Shown in pieces: positions 16,102-24,998 of a stretch of DNA of 32,000 bases. Position 1 is the stretch's first letter. Every line of letters begins with the position of its first letter. The translations under genes were made by a program, and so were the position numbers. Origin of the DNA: Candidatus Saccharimonadota bacterium (GTDB lineage Bacteria > Patescibacteriota > Saccharimonadia > Saccharimonadales > UBA4665); assembly GCA_016699955.1 (NCBI GenBank), contig CP064993.1, positions 600,001 to 632,000 of the forward strand, read 5' to 3'. The notes beneath the pieces are model-generated. The model worked only from the letters and a program-made list of their open reading frames with translations. It was not told where the DNA came from and made no database searches.

Positions 16102-16650
16102 ATGATTTTGCTGATGGGTCCGGCCGGCGCGGGTAAAAGCCTTCAGGGGCACAAACTGGCCGATGAGCACGGATACGCGTATATCTCGACTGGAGAAATC
16201 TTCCGTCTGTTCCTCACCGGTCACCGGCGTGCGGCTATGCTTGAGGGGAAACTGATGGGCGACCACGAAACAATTGATATGATGGATAAGGTATTTGACA
16301 TTGTCGACACCAAAGATGAATTTATACTCGATGGCTTCCCTCGTACTGCTGAGCAGGTGACGTGGCTGATGAAACAGGCCGAAAAAGGTCGCTTTGACCG
16401 ACCAATTGTTGTACATATGGATGTTAGCGAGAAGGAAACGCGTGATCGTTTAGCTAAACGCGGGCGTCCAGATGATACACCTGATTCGATTACCGAACGT
16501 TACAAGCTTTATGCCAGTAAGACCCAGCCAATATTACAGCAGTTTCGCGATAGTGGTGTCGAAGTTTTAGACGTTGACGCCGATGGTACCCCAACCAAAG
16601 TATATAAAAATATCATCACTGCGCTTGGTCTTCCTGCCAAGTTTGATTAG
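16102..16650 (+). CDS. adk: Adenylate kinase family protein (short-lid type, atypical P-loop GPAGAGKS)
   Basis: GGAGG lies upstream of the start. Motifs include the P-loop MGPAGAGKS, YISTGEIFR, LDGFPRTAEQ and RGRPDDTPDSITERYKLY. Confidence 0.8.
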   Translation: MILLMGPAGAGKSLQGHKLADEHGYAYISTGEIFRLFLTGHRRAAMLEGKLMGDHETIDMMDKVFDIVDTKDEFILDGFPRTAEQVTWLMKQAEKGRFDRPIVVHMDVSEKETRDRLAKRGRPDDTPDSITERYKLYASKTQPILQQFRDSGVEVLDVDADGTPTKVYKNIITALGLPAKFD

Positions 16651-16668
16651 ACTTACGGCATGAATATT

Positions 16669-16719
16669 GTGTGAAAGGTTATACCTCGCACAAATTCTGC
16701 GAGGTATAACCTTTCACAC
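16669..16719. repeat. Perfect 22-bp inverted repeat (hairpin) between adk and map
   Basis: GTGTGAAAGGTTATACCTCGCA (16669-16690), loop CAAATTC, then TGCGAGGTATAACCTTTCACAC (16698-16719). No T-tract follows. Confidence 0.85.
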
Positions 16720-16758
16720 GGGAACTTAGGGTATAATTTTGCCAAGAGGATACGTAAT

Positions 16759-17505
16759 ATGCAATCAAAAACTTCAGCTGAAATAGCGGCAATGCGTCAG
16801 AGTGGATATATACTCGGCTCTGTTTTGGAGAAAATCCGGCGTGAAGTACGTATGGGGATGACACCGAAGCAGGTCTCTGCACTTGCAGCCGAGGAGACTG
16901 ACCGGCTAGGCGGCAAGCCAGCCTTCAAAGGTTTCGAGGGCTACCCAGACATTATCTGCATATCCAACAACAATGAGGTACAGCACAGTATTCCAAATGA
17001 TACCCCGTTTAAAAACGGTGATGTAGTGAACTTTGATTACGGTGTTGTCTACGACGGCATGATTACTGACGCAGGCATTACCATTTGCATTGGTAGTAAG
17101 CCAGATGCGGACGCTGAGCGGTTGCTAAAGGGAACTGAGGCGGCGTTATATGCGGCGATTGATGTAGTGCGGGAAGGTGTACGAGTAGGTGATATATCAG
17201 CCACGATTGAAAAAGTGCTAAAGTCGTATAATCTAGGGATAGTGCGTGAGCTGGTGGGCCACGGTGTCGGGCATGAGCTGCATGAAGCACCAGAAATACC
17301 GAATTACGGCCATGCCGGCACCGGCCCTACGCTAAAGGCTGGCATGACAATTGCTATTGAGCCCATTACAACCCTTGGAGATTACCGAATTTTTGGTGCG
17401 CACGATGGCTGGACGCTCCTTACGGTCGATGGCAGCCGTAGCGCCCAGTTTGAGCACACGCTGCTTGTTACAACAGACGGCTGCGAAATATTGACACAGG
17501 TATAG
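16759..17505 (+). CDS. map: Methionine aminopeptidase, type I
   Basis: The metal-ligand context is FDYGVVYDGMITDAG, GHGVGHELHEAP, IAIEP and FEHTLLVT. TATAAT at 16732-16737 lies upstream. Confidence 0.92.
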   Translation: MQSKTSAEIAAMRQSGYILGSVLEKIRREVRMGMTPKQVSALAAEETDRLGGKPAFKGFEGYPDIICISNNNEVQHSIPNDTPFKNGDVVNFDYGVVYDGMITDAGITICIGSKPDADAERLLKGTEAALYAAIDVVREGVRVGDISATIEKVLKSYNLGIVRELVGHGVGHELHEAPEIPNYGHAGTGPTLKAGMTIAIEPITTLGDYRIFGAHDGWTLLTVDGSRSAQFEHTLLVTTDGCEILTQV

Positions 17506-17755
17506 GCTAGCTGACACAAACATCTGCTATTTTCAGACCAAGCACCAGCGGCCATGACAGTTTTCTTATTTAGCAGAGTAAAGATATCAGATGACACACA
17601 TCCAAGTATGTTCTTTGTTCTGCTTCTGCTAAATGCTACCAGCGACTTGCTAAGTGCCCGTGCCTGATTTGCTTTGCAAAATGAGCGTCAACTAAGAACA
17701 AGATCATAACAAATGTTGCGCTCGGGCAAGCTCTAGCGCTATACTGAGAGGCAAT

Positions 17756-18991
17756 ATGCGCGAAAATTCAGCTGCTCCCCATTATGTGGGTCTCGATATT
17801 GGGACATCGCATGTACGATGCGTGATTGGCACGCGTGACGTCAATGACCCGACAGCTATTTCCGTTATCGGACATGGTATGAGCCCAAATCAAGGCATGC
17901 GTAAGGGGGTTATTATGCATGTAGATGAATGTGTCGAGTCTATTGTGCAGGCGGTGACCGAAACAGAGCGGATTTCTGGCGTTCGAATTGAGCACGCGAC
18001 AGTGAATATGAATGGTGCGCACGTTGCGGGGATGAACTCGCGGGGGACCATTGCTATCAGTAGCCCAAACCGAGAAATTACCGCAGATGATCGCGATCGT
18101 GTTGAAGAAGCAGCGGCCATTGTTAAGCTACCGGCTAACCGCGAGATTTTGCAGGTATTTGCCAAGAACTATCGTCTTGACGGACAAGATAATCTGAAAG
18201 ACCCAGTCGGCATGCACGGTGTGCGCCTAGAGGTAGACTGCCATATTTTGACGGCCGCAACGCCAAACGTACGCAATTTGGATTTGGCGCTCGAAAAAGC
18301 TCAGATCCGACCACAGCATCATACGGTATCATCGCTGGCAGCGGCGGAAGCGGTTCTCGACCGCAAGCAGAAAGAAGCTGGCACGGCGGTGCTTGATATT
18401 GGCGCTGGCACAACCAACATTGTTGTCATAGAAGACGGTGAGATACAGCATATTGCTGTTATACCCATGGGAGGTACCCATATAACAAACGATTTGGCAA
18501 TTGGCCTTAAAACAGATCTTGAAGTTGCTGAACAGGTAAAACTAAAACATGTTACTCTTGGTGACACCACAGATAAAACGTACCGAATTATTGTCGAGGG
18601 AGCAGGATACACCTTTGAGCAAGCAGAAACGAATATGATTGTCGAAGCCCGGGTAGAAGAACTCCTTGAGTACGTTGACAAAGAGCTCCAAAAAATCCAC
18701 CGTTCACGTAAGCTGCCAGGCGGAGTCGTGATAGTTGGTGGAAGCGCAGCCCTACCGGGGTTGGCTGAGTTTGCCAAAGAGCGACTGCAACTGCCAGCGC
18801 GCATCGGCAAGATACGTGGTTTGGCTGGGCTGGTCGACACAGTAGACGATCCTGCATTTGCGACTGCTACCGGGTTAATGCTACTCGACATCCTACTTGC
18901 CCCTTATGTAAACGACCAGATAACTTCGACGCAGGTTTTCAGCGGCGGGGTGTCTTCTGTGTCCAATTTTCTTAAAAAATTCAGACGTTAG
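17756..18991 (+). CDS. ftsA: Cell division protein FtsA
   Basis: It has the actin-like ATPase motifs VGLDIGTS and LDIGAGTT plus VIVGGSAALPGL, and is adjacent to ftsZ. Confidence 0.9.
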   Translation: MRENSAAPHYVGLDIGTSHVRCVIGTRDVNDPTAISVIGHGMSPNQGMRKGVIMHVDECVESIVQAVTETERISGVRIEHATVNMNGAHVAGMNSRGTIAISSPNREITADDRDRVEEAAAIVKLPANREILQVFAKNYRLDGQDNLKDPVGMHGVRLEVDCHILTAATPNVRNLDLALEKAQIRPQHHTVSSLAAAEAVLDRKQKEAGTAVLDIGAGTTNIVVIEDGEIQHIAVIPMGGTHITNDLAIGLKTDLEVAEQVKLKHVTLGDTTDKTYRIIVEGAGYTFEQAETNMIVEARVEELLEYVDKELQKIHRSRKLPGGVVIVGGSAALPGLAEFAKERLQLPARIGKIRGLAGLVDTVDDPAFATATGLMLLDILLAPYVNDQITSTQVFSGGVSSVSNFLKKFRR

Positions 18992-19141
18992 AACACGCCT
19001 TGTGTTCAGGCTTTTTCCTGATAAGCCATGTTTTTACTCGGCTGCTGACGTGGTGAGTTTTTTTTGTATGCACTGATGGTTGAACTCCCTACCGCGGACG
19101 CGTATACTGGTGTTAGTAAGTAAGGCGAGGGAAGAAAGAAT

Positions 19142-20467
19142 ATGGCACAGGCAGTTGATCCGGCAATTGAAACATTTGCTCGCATAAAAGTAGTCGGTGT
19201 TGGCGGGGCTGGCGGCGCAGCCATAAATCGTATGATAGACGCTGGGGTTGACGGTGTGGAATTCATCGCCATCAATACCGATGCGCAGGCTCTTCATAAC
19301 TCGAGGGCCGGTACTAAACTACACATTGGTCGTGACACAACACGTGGTCTTGGCGCGGGTGCAGATCCGGCGGTTGGCGAACAGGCTGCTGCCGAATCGC
19401 GTGAAGAAATCAAAGCGACGCTAGAAGGCGCAGACATGGTCTTTATCACGATTGGAGCTGGTGGTGGCACAGGAAGCGGCGCCGGGCATATTGTGGCACA
19501 AACAGCGAAAGACATGGGCATTCTAGTCATAGGTTTTGCTACGAAACCGTTTGCCTTCGAAGGTGATAAACGGCGACGCAACGCTGATACGGCCATCGAT
19601 AAACTACGTAACGCAGTCGATACACTCATTATTATCCCTAATGATCGACTATTGCAGACCATTGACCGCGCAACACCTTTACTTGAAGCCTTCAAGGTAG
19701 CCGATGACGTATTGCGACAAGGCGTCCAGGGCATCTCTGACCTCATAACGGTGCACGGGCTTATCAATCTTGACTTTGCCGATGTAAAAGCCGTGATGAG
19801 CAATGCTGGATCGGCCCTAATGGGTATTGGCCGAGCAAGTGGTGAAAACAGAGCGATTCAGGCCGCACAGCAAGCTATTGAGTCACCCTTACTCGAAGTT
19901 TCTATCGATGGTGCGCGGGGTATCCTTTTCAACGTTATTGGTGGACAAGACCTCTCTATGCACGAGATCAATACTGCCGCAGAGGCTATCACGGCGGCTG
20001 CCGATCCTGACGCCAACATTATTTTTGGCGCAACAATTAGCCCGGAACTAGAGGGTGAGATAATTATTACTGTCGTGGCGACAGGGTTTGATGCCTCGTA
20101 CTTCACGAATCGTCAGGCCGTAAGTACTAGTTTGCCCAATCAGGCATCTGATCAAGATAGAGCAATTGCTCAGCCAATAGATTCCGTTACCAAGACAACG
20201 GAAACAGACATGGAAGCAATTGACATGTCTATTAAAGAAGATAACGCAGAGCAAACAGACCAAGCCGCGGACTTTTCCAACGAAACGCCCATGCCAAACA
20301 TTTGGGCTATCCAGCACGATGAAAAAGATTTCGACAAAAAGGATGCAGTGACGTTGCACGAGCCAGTCGTATCTCATGAAGATGAAGATGAGCTCGAGAA
20401 ACCATCGTTTTTGCGCCGCTTGGCACGTCGACGCTCAAAAGTCGATTCTGAAGATATTGACAAATAA
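19142..20467 (+). CDS. ftsZ: Cell division protein FtsZ
   Basis: It contains [17 protein letters not shown], the tubulin signature GGGTGSGAG, a long acidic linker, and the conserved C-terminal peptide [10 protein letters not shown]. Confidence 0.95.
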   Translation: MAQAVDPAIETFARIKVVGVGGAGGAAINRMIDAGVDGVEFIAINTDAQALHNSRAGTKLHIGRDTTRGLGAGADPAVGEQAAAESREEIKATLEGADMVFITIGAGGGTGSGAGHIVAQTAKDMGILVIGFATKPFAFEGDKRRRNADTAIDKLRNAVDTLIIIPNDRLLQTIDRATPLLEAFKVADDVLRQGVQGISDLITVHGLINLDFADVKAVMSNAGSALMGIGRASGENRAIQAAQQAIESPLLEVSIDGARGILFNVIGGQDLSMHEINTAAEAITAAADPDANIIFGATISPELEGEIIITVVATGFDASYFTNRQAVSTSLPNQASDQDRAIAQPIDSVTKTTETDMEAIDMSIKEDNAEQTDQAADFSNETPMPNIWAIQHDEKDFDKKDAVTLHEPVVSHEDEDELEKPSFLRRLARRRSKVDSEDIDK

Positions 20468-20555
20468 CAGGCACAACTGTCTGATTCTGTATTAAATATT
20501 ACACCGCATTTCTACTTTACCAACCCCACTTATGGGGGTATGATGGTTATGTAAA

Positions 20556-20571
20556 ACGCTATATGTAGCAG
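20556..20571. promoter_or_regulatory. Candidate NrdR box upstream of nrdR-nrdJ
   Basis: ACGCTATATGTAGCAG has a core CTATATGTAG that matches the NrdR-box core CwAtATaTwG at 9 of 10 positions. GCTATATGTAGC is palindromic except for one pair. Only one box was found. Confidence 0.3.
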
Positions 20572-20638
20572 GTGGTGTTTCAAAAATTTACTGCTTGCTG
20601 TGTAGTCGCACCTTATAAAAACATGAGAGGGCTCGAGA

Positions 20639-21115
20639 ATGAAATGTAGCCAATGCAGCCGCGATGACACGAAGGTAATCGAGAGTCGCGATGTCGCTGA
20701 AGGTGAGTCAGTCCGCCGCCGCCGTGCTTGTATGGTTTGCGGGTACCGCTTTACTACTTATGAACGTGTAGAGCGATCCCAGCTTATTGTCGTGAAAAAT
20801 GACGGTACACGTCAATTGTTCAACCGGCAAAAACTACTTGCGGGGCTTTACCGGGCATGTGAGAAAACGAGCGTTACTAGTATGCAGCTTGATGCACTTG
20901 TTCAAAATATTGAGCACGAACTGTATGCTTGTGCCGATAGCGAAGTGCGTTCACGCACCATAGGCGAAATGGTAATGGATCGCCTGAGTGGGCTCGACGA
21001 GGTGGCGTACGTTCGCTTCGCAAGCGTTTACCGTCGGTTTAGCGACATAGCGGGTTTTGAGAGGGAACTTTCGAACATACGTGAAAGAAAACAAGAAGCC
21101 TTAGATGAGGCATAG
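20639..21115 (+). CDS. nrdR: Transcriptional repressor NrdR
   Basis: The N-terminal zinc ribbon is MKCSQCS..x..CMVCGYRFTTYERVE, followed by an ATP-cone (LVVKNDGTRQLFNRQKL). Confidence 0.93.
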   Translation: MKCSQCSRDDTKVIESRDVAEGESVRRRRACMVCGYRFTTYERVERSQLIVVKNDGTRQLFNRQKLLAGLYRACEKTSVTSMQLDALVQNIEHELYACADSEVRSRTIGEMVMDRLSGLDEVAYVRFASVYRRFSDIAGFERELSNIRERKQEALDEA

Positions 21116-21216
21116 CGTGGATTGATTTTCTTACAAAAGTAAGTACAAACATATAAAAAACTAAGTGGAGTTATGCAGGAATGGCATGTGCTTCCAAAGA
21201 AAGTGAGGGTAAAAGT

Positions 21217-24024
21217 ATGGGACAGACAACTGATAGTGGAGTAAAGCGGCTTTTTACCACGCCTCGTGCTAAGGCGTACGACGCCATTACGTGGGTGAAG
21301 CGTGATTCTGAGCTTAAAAACCCTTTTACCGGTGAGATTGTCTTCGCGCAAAAAGGTGTTGAAATCCCAGAGAGCTGGTCGCTTAACGCGCTTAATATTG
21401 TGGCACAAAAATATTTTACAGGTACACCGGGCACGAAAGGGCGCGAGGCTTCGCTGAAACAACTGATTGACCGCGTAGTTGATACTGTTGTACGTCAGGG
21501 TCAGCAAGAGGGCTATTTTGATTCTGTCACCGAAGCTGAAACGTACCGGGAAGAGCTCAAGTATGTCCTAGCCACTCAGCGAGCAGCATTCAATAGCCCG
21601 GTTTGGTTTAATATTGGCGCACCGGAGAGGGCACAGCAAGCAAGTGCTTGTTTTATCTTGGGCGTCGAAGACACCATGCCAGCAATACTGCAATGGTACA
21701 CTGACGAAGGAATGATATTCAAGGGTGGTTCGGGTAGCGGTGTCAACATTAGCCCTATTCGTTCAAGTGTTGAACCACTGGGCAAAAGCGCTGGGACAGC
21801 AAGTGGTCCACTAAGTTTTATGCGAGGTGCTGATGCGAGCGCCGGCGCAATTAAGAGCGGCGGAAAAACGCGCCGAGCTGCCAAGATGGTTATTCTGAAT
21901 GTCGACCACCCAGATATAGAAGAGTTTATTTGGTGTAAATCAATTGAAGAGGACAAAGCGCGCGCGCTTCAGGCGGCTGGGTTTGACATGAGCCTTGATG
22001 GTAAAGATATTTTCAGCGTCCAGTACCAGAATGCCAATAACTCAGTAAGAGTCACCGACGAATTTATGCAGGCGGTTGAGGCAGACGGCGACTGGGATCT
22101 TAAAGCAGTTAGTACTGGCAAAACGGTTCGAACAATCAAAGCCCGTCACATTTTTCGGCAGTTTGCAGAGGCTGCGTGGCAGTGCGCTGATCCTGGTATG
22201 CAATTTGACACGGTTATTAACAAATGGCACACAACTCCAAATGTAGGTCGTATAAATGGCTCTAACCCCTGTAGCGAGTACATGCATCTTGATAATTCGG
22301 CGTGTAACCTTGCAAGTATTAACTTGCTCCATTACCTGAATGATGACTTTAGCTTCGATGTTGAAAGCTTCAAGCATACCGTTGAGCTTATGTTTACCGC
22401 TCAAGAAATTCTCGTTGGCTATAGTTCGTATCCAACCGAGCGTATTACAAAAAATGCTCGGGCCTACCGCGAGCTAGGAATTGGGTATGCGAACCTGGGC
22501 GCGTTGCTTATGGCTCAAGGCTTGCCTTATGACAGTGACGAAGGGCGCGCACAGGCAGCAGCAATAACGGCCATTCTGACTGGCCACAGCTACGCTACGA
22601 GCGCTAAGATGGCTCGTAGGGTTGGACCTTTTACCGGTTTCCACAAAGACCGTGACAACATGTTGAAAGTGCTTCGAATGCACCGTGAGGCCGTAAATCA
22701 CATTGACGCTAGTCTTGTCTCCGAAGACTTGCTAGACGCGGCTGTTGCAGCCTGGGATGATGCAGTTGAGCTTGGTGAGTTGTACGGTGTACGCAACAGT
22801 CAGGCAAGTGTGCTTGCGCCAACTGGTACTATTGGGCTTATGATGGACTGTGATACTACGGGTATCGAACCAGATCTAGGCCTTGTAAAGGTAAAAAAAC
22901 TGGTCGGCGGTGGCACTATGAGTATAGTTAATCAGACGGTTCCACGAGCCCTCAGGGCGCTTGGCTATAGCGACGAGCAAGTCAATGATATCGTTGCCTA
23001 CATTGACATCGAAAAAACTATTCTTGGTGCACCTCATCTCAAAAAAGAACACGAACCTGTTTTTGCGTGCTCCATGGGGGATAACTCTATCCATTACCTG
23101 GGTCATGTAAAAATGATGGCGGCTGTTCAACCATTTCTATCTGGTGCAATTAGTAAAACCGTAAATATGCCAGAAACGGCAACCGTAGAAGACATAGAAC
23201 AGCTGCATATAGATTCGTGGAAAATGGGTTTGAAAGCGGTCGCTATTTACCGAGACAACTGTAAGGTGGCGCAGCCGCTAAGTATGGCTAAGAAAGACAG
23301 TGATGAAAATAAGGAAGAAGCACCTGTCGCCGCTGTGGCTGTTTCAGATGACGGTAAAATTGTGCTCAAAGGTGCGGTGCGTCGGAAGCTGCCGCGTATC
23401 CGGAACAGTCGTACCTACCGTTTTGTTGTCGCCGACCTGGAAGGTTTCTTTACGGTGGGTGAATACCCAGACGGTACTCCTGGTGAGTTATTCATAAGCG
23501 TAAGCCGTCAGGGTTCGACGTTGGCTGGTCTAATGGACTCATTTGCTATCAGCGTGAGCCACGGCTTGCAGTACGGCGTGCCACTCAAGAGCTACGTCAA
23601 GACACTACGGGGTACAAGCTTTGCGCCATTTGGTATAACGGATGACCCAGATATCCGAACGGCTAGCTCGGTCACGGACTACATTGTCCGCCGGCTTGCA
23701 CTCGACTATCTGAACTTTGATGATCGTCTTGAACTTGGACTGGCAAGTATTGACGACATGCCTGAAGAACAAACTAGTCTCCTCGAGGGCAGCGCAGAAA
23801 AAAACGAAGTAATTACTCACTCTGAAACGACCACGACACAAGTCACTAAGCCTGTTGAGACACAACCCATGGCACCCGTACACGCGGAAGCTACTCAGCA
23901 TGGTAGGCAAGTTCAGATTAAAGATTCTACGGCTCCACTGTGCTACAACTGCGGAAACCAAACCCAACGAAGTGGTAGCTGCTATGTCTGTACAAGTTGC
24001 GGTTCAACGACAGGGTGCTCGTAA
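21217..24024 (+). CDS. nrdJ: Class II (adenosylcobalamin-dependent) ribonucleotide reductase
   Basis: GAGGG lies 7 nt before the ATG at 21217. Supporting motifs are WSLNALNIVAQKYF, the active-site context GSNPCSEYMHLDNSACNLASINL, and the C-terminal Cys cluster CYNCG..CYVCTSCG. The size is about 935 aa. Confidence 0.88.
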   Translation: MGQTTDSGVKRLFTTPRAKAYDAITWVKRDSELKNPFTGEIVFAQKGVEIPESWSLNALNIVAQKYFTGTPGTKGREASLKQLIDRVVDTVVRQGQQEGYFDSVTEAETYREELKYVLATQRAAFNSPVWFNIGAPERAQQASACFILGVEDTMPAILQWYTDEGMIFKGGSGSGVNISPIRSSVEPLGKSAGTASGPLSFMRGADASAGAIKSGGKTRRAAKMVILNVDHPDIEEFIWCKSIEEDKARALQAAGFDMSLDGKDIFSVQYQNANNSVRVTDEFMQAVEADGDWDLKAVSTGKTVRTIKARHIFRQFAEAAWQCADPGMQFDTVINKWHTTPNVGRINGSNPCSEYMHLDNSACNLASINLLHYLNDDFSFDVESFKHTVELMFTAQEILVGYSSYPTERITKNARAYRELGIGYANLGALLMAQGLPYDSDEGRAQAAAITAILTGHSYATSAKMARRVGPFTGFHKDRDNMLKVLRMHREAVNHIDASLVSEDLLDAAVAAWDDAVELGELYGVRNSQASVLAPTGTIGLMMDCDTTGIEPDLGLVKVKKLVGGGTMSIVNQTVPRALRALGYSDEQVNDIVAYIDIEKTILGAPHLKKEHEPVFACSMGDNSIHYLGHVKMMAAVQPFLSGAISKTVNMPETATVEDIEQLHIDSWKMGLKAVAIYRDNCKVAQPLSMAKKDSDENKEEAPVAAVAVSDDGKIVLKGAVRRKLPRIRNSRTYRFVVADLEGFFTVGEYPDGTPGELFISVSRQGSTLAGLMDSFAISVSHGLQYGVPLKSYVKTLRGTSFAPFGITDDPDIRTASSVTDYIVRRLALDYLNFDDRLELGLASIDDMPEEQTSLLEGSAEKNEVITHSETTTTQVTKPVETQPMAPVHAEATQHGRQVQIKDSTAPLCYNCGNQTQRSGSCYVCTSCGSTTGCS

Positions 24025-24346
24025 GCACGCCAGAGTGTATATAACATAACAAAAAGCGGCCTGATGTTTGCACTGCCCCCCTGTTGTGTCAGCGTCGGTT
24101 TCTTAATCGCCCCGCGAACTGTAGCAAGTGTTTTTTAAGAAACGTCGAACTTTGCGTAAGGGGCTTGCTTCTGCTGAGCTGTTCGGAATAGGTACTTAAG
24201 TCGAAGTGAGGCAATGCTTACTAATCCTTACGATCGTGCAAAACAGATGGAGCTGCGTTGTGGCATGTTGTGTTTTGTAGGTATGTTCCACGAAAAGGGC
24301 GGAAACTTAAGTTGGAATTGATTGTATCCAGAAGTATACTGGGTGT

Positions 24347-24619
24347 ATGAAAGTATTCGTCCTATACAAACCAAACACTGAACATGCGCGTAAGGTTGAA
24401 GAGTTTTTGCACGATCTGCGTCGACAGCATGATGTCGACCAATCTAGTCTACAAACTATCGATGTCGACAGCAGAGAGGGCATAGAGCTTTCGAAAATAT
24501 ACGACATTATGATGACGCCAGCCATTGTTGTGACGGACAATGCTGGGGGCTATATTCATAGCTGGGTGGGCGCAGAGCTTCCTCTCATGCGCGATGTCGC
24601 CGCGTATTCCCAACAGTAA
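24347..24619 (+). CDS. Small thioredoxin-fold-like protein lacking CxxC (hypothetical)
   Basis: The 90-aa product shows a beta-alpha-beta pattern: KVFVLY / EHARKVEEFLHDL / LQTIDVD / TPAIVVTD (cis-Pro-like) / GYIHSWVG. It contains no cysteine at all. Confidence 0.6.
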   Translation: MKVFVLYKPNTEHARKVEEFLHDLRRQHDVDQSSLQTIDVDSREGIELSKIYDIMMTPAIVVTDNAGGYIHSWVGAELPLMRDVAAYSQQ

Positions 24620-24662
24620 CCGTCCTAAAAAGGTATAAAGCATCTTTTCCCAAATCAAACAT

Positions 24663-24710
24663 AAATCAATAACAATTCTGTTGCAATCGCGACAGGATTG
24701 TTATTGATTT
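24663..24710 (+). terminator. Long hairpin terminator after the thioredoxin-fold gene
   Basis: The 19-bp stem AAATCAATAACAATTCTGT (24663-24681) / ACAGGATTGTTATTGATTT (24692-24710) has one G:U pair and a 10-nt loop. It is followed by GTTTAGGG, a weak T-tract. Confidence 0.6.
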
Positions 24711-24745
24711 GTTTAGGGTAAGTTGGTTGGGAGGAGGGGTATTTT

Positions 24746-24773
24746 TTGATTTTTTGTTAGTCTCGTATATGAT
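24746..24773 (+). promoter_or_regulatory. Candidate promoter of the ileS T-box leader
   Basis: TTGATT (24746-24751), a 16-nt spacer, then TATGAT (24768-24773). Confidence 0.4.
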
Positions 24774-24797
24774 GTATAGGTACATGCGTTTCGCTGG

Positions 24798-24994
24798 TTG
24801 GCGGATGAGCGGCTATCAACCGCGAAGTAGTGGAGAGAACATTTGAGTAATCAAATAACTAGATTCCAACGGTTCGGCTCGTCAGACCGAGTAACTAAGT
24901 GCTAAAAGAATCATCTCTTTTAGAAATCGGATGGTACCTCCCGTGATTTCACCCGGGATCCGATATTTAACAGAGGTGATTTTTATTTGGGAGG
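24798..24994 (+). promoter_or_regulatory. T-box riboswitch leader of ileS
   Basis: The T-box sequence is AAATCGGATGGTACCTCCCG (24924-24943). The antiterminator fold is A1 ATCGGA (24926-24931) / TCCGAT (24959-24964), a 7-nt bulge TGGTACC (24932-24938) and A2 TCCCG (24939-24943) / CGGGA (24954-24958). Upstream elements are GGATGAG (K-turn-like), GAAGTAGTGGAGAGA (AGTA and AGAGA elements), and several ATC(A) Ile codons in loops. Confidence 0.8.
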
Positions 24995-24998
24995 AAAT

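Noticed and set aside
18319-19803. Long antisense ORFs inside ftsA (18319..18891 minus strand, 190 aa) and ftsZ (19294..19803 minus strand, 169 aa).
   Set aside because: They are Ser/Ala/Pro/Arg-rich shadow frames opposite well-supported conserved genes.
21135-21165. A second NrdR box directly upstream of nrdJ (ACAAACATATAAAAAA).
   Set aside because: It is not palindromic and matches only half of the consensus.
21028-21507. A 159-aa minus-strand ORF spanning the nrdR/nrdJ junction, and the ORF-track start at 21181 for nrdJ.
   Set aside because: The antisense ORF overlaps two conserved genes and has no signals. ATG 21217 has a GAGGG SD at proper spacing, whereas 21181 has none.
24214-24321. 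A 35-codon ORF in the nrdJ-downstream intergenic region, and the 9-bp inverted repeat GTTTCTTAA/TTAAGAAAC (24098-24145).
   Set aside because: The ORF has an SD-like GTGAGG only 2-3 nt from the ATG and nothing else to support it. The inverted repeat has a 30-nt loop and no clear function; it is noted but not called.
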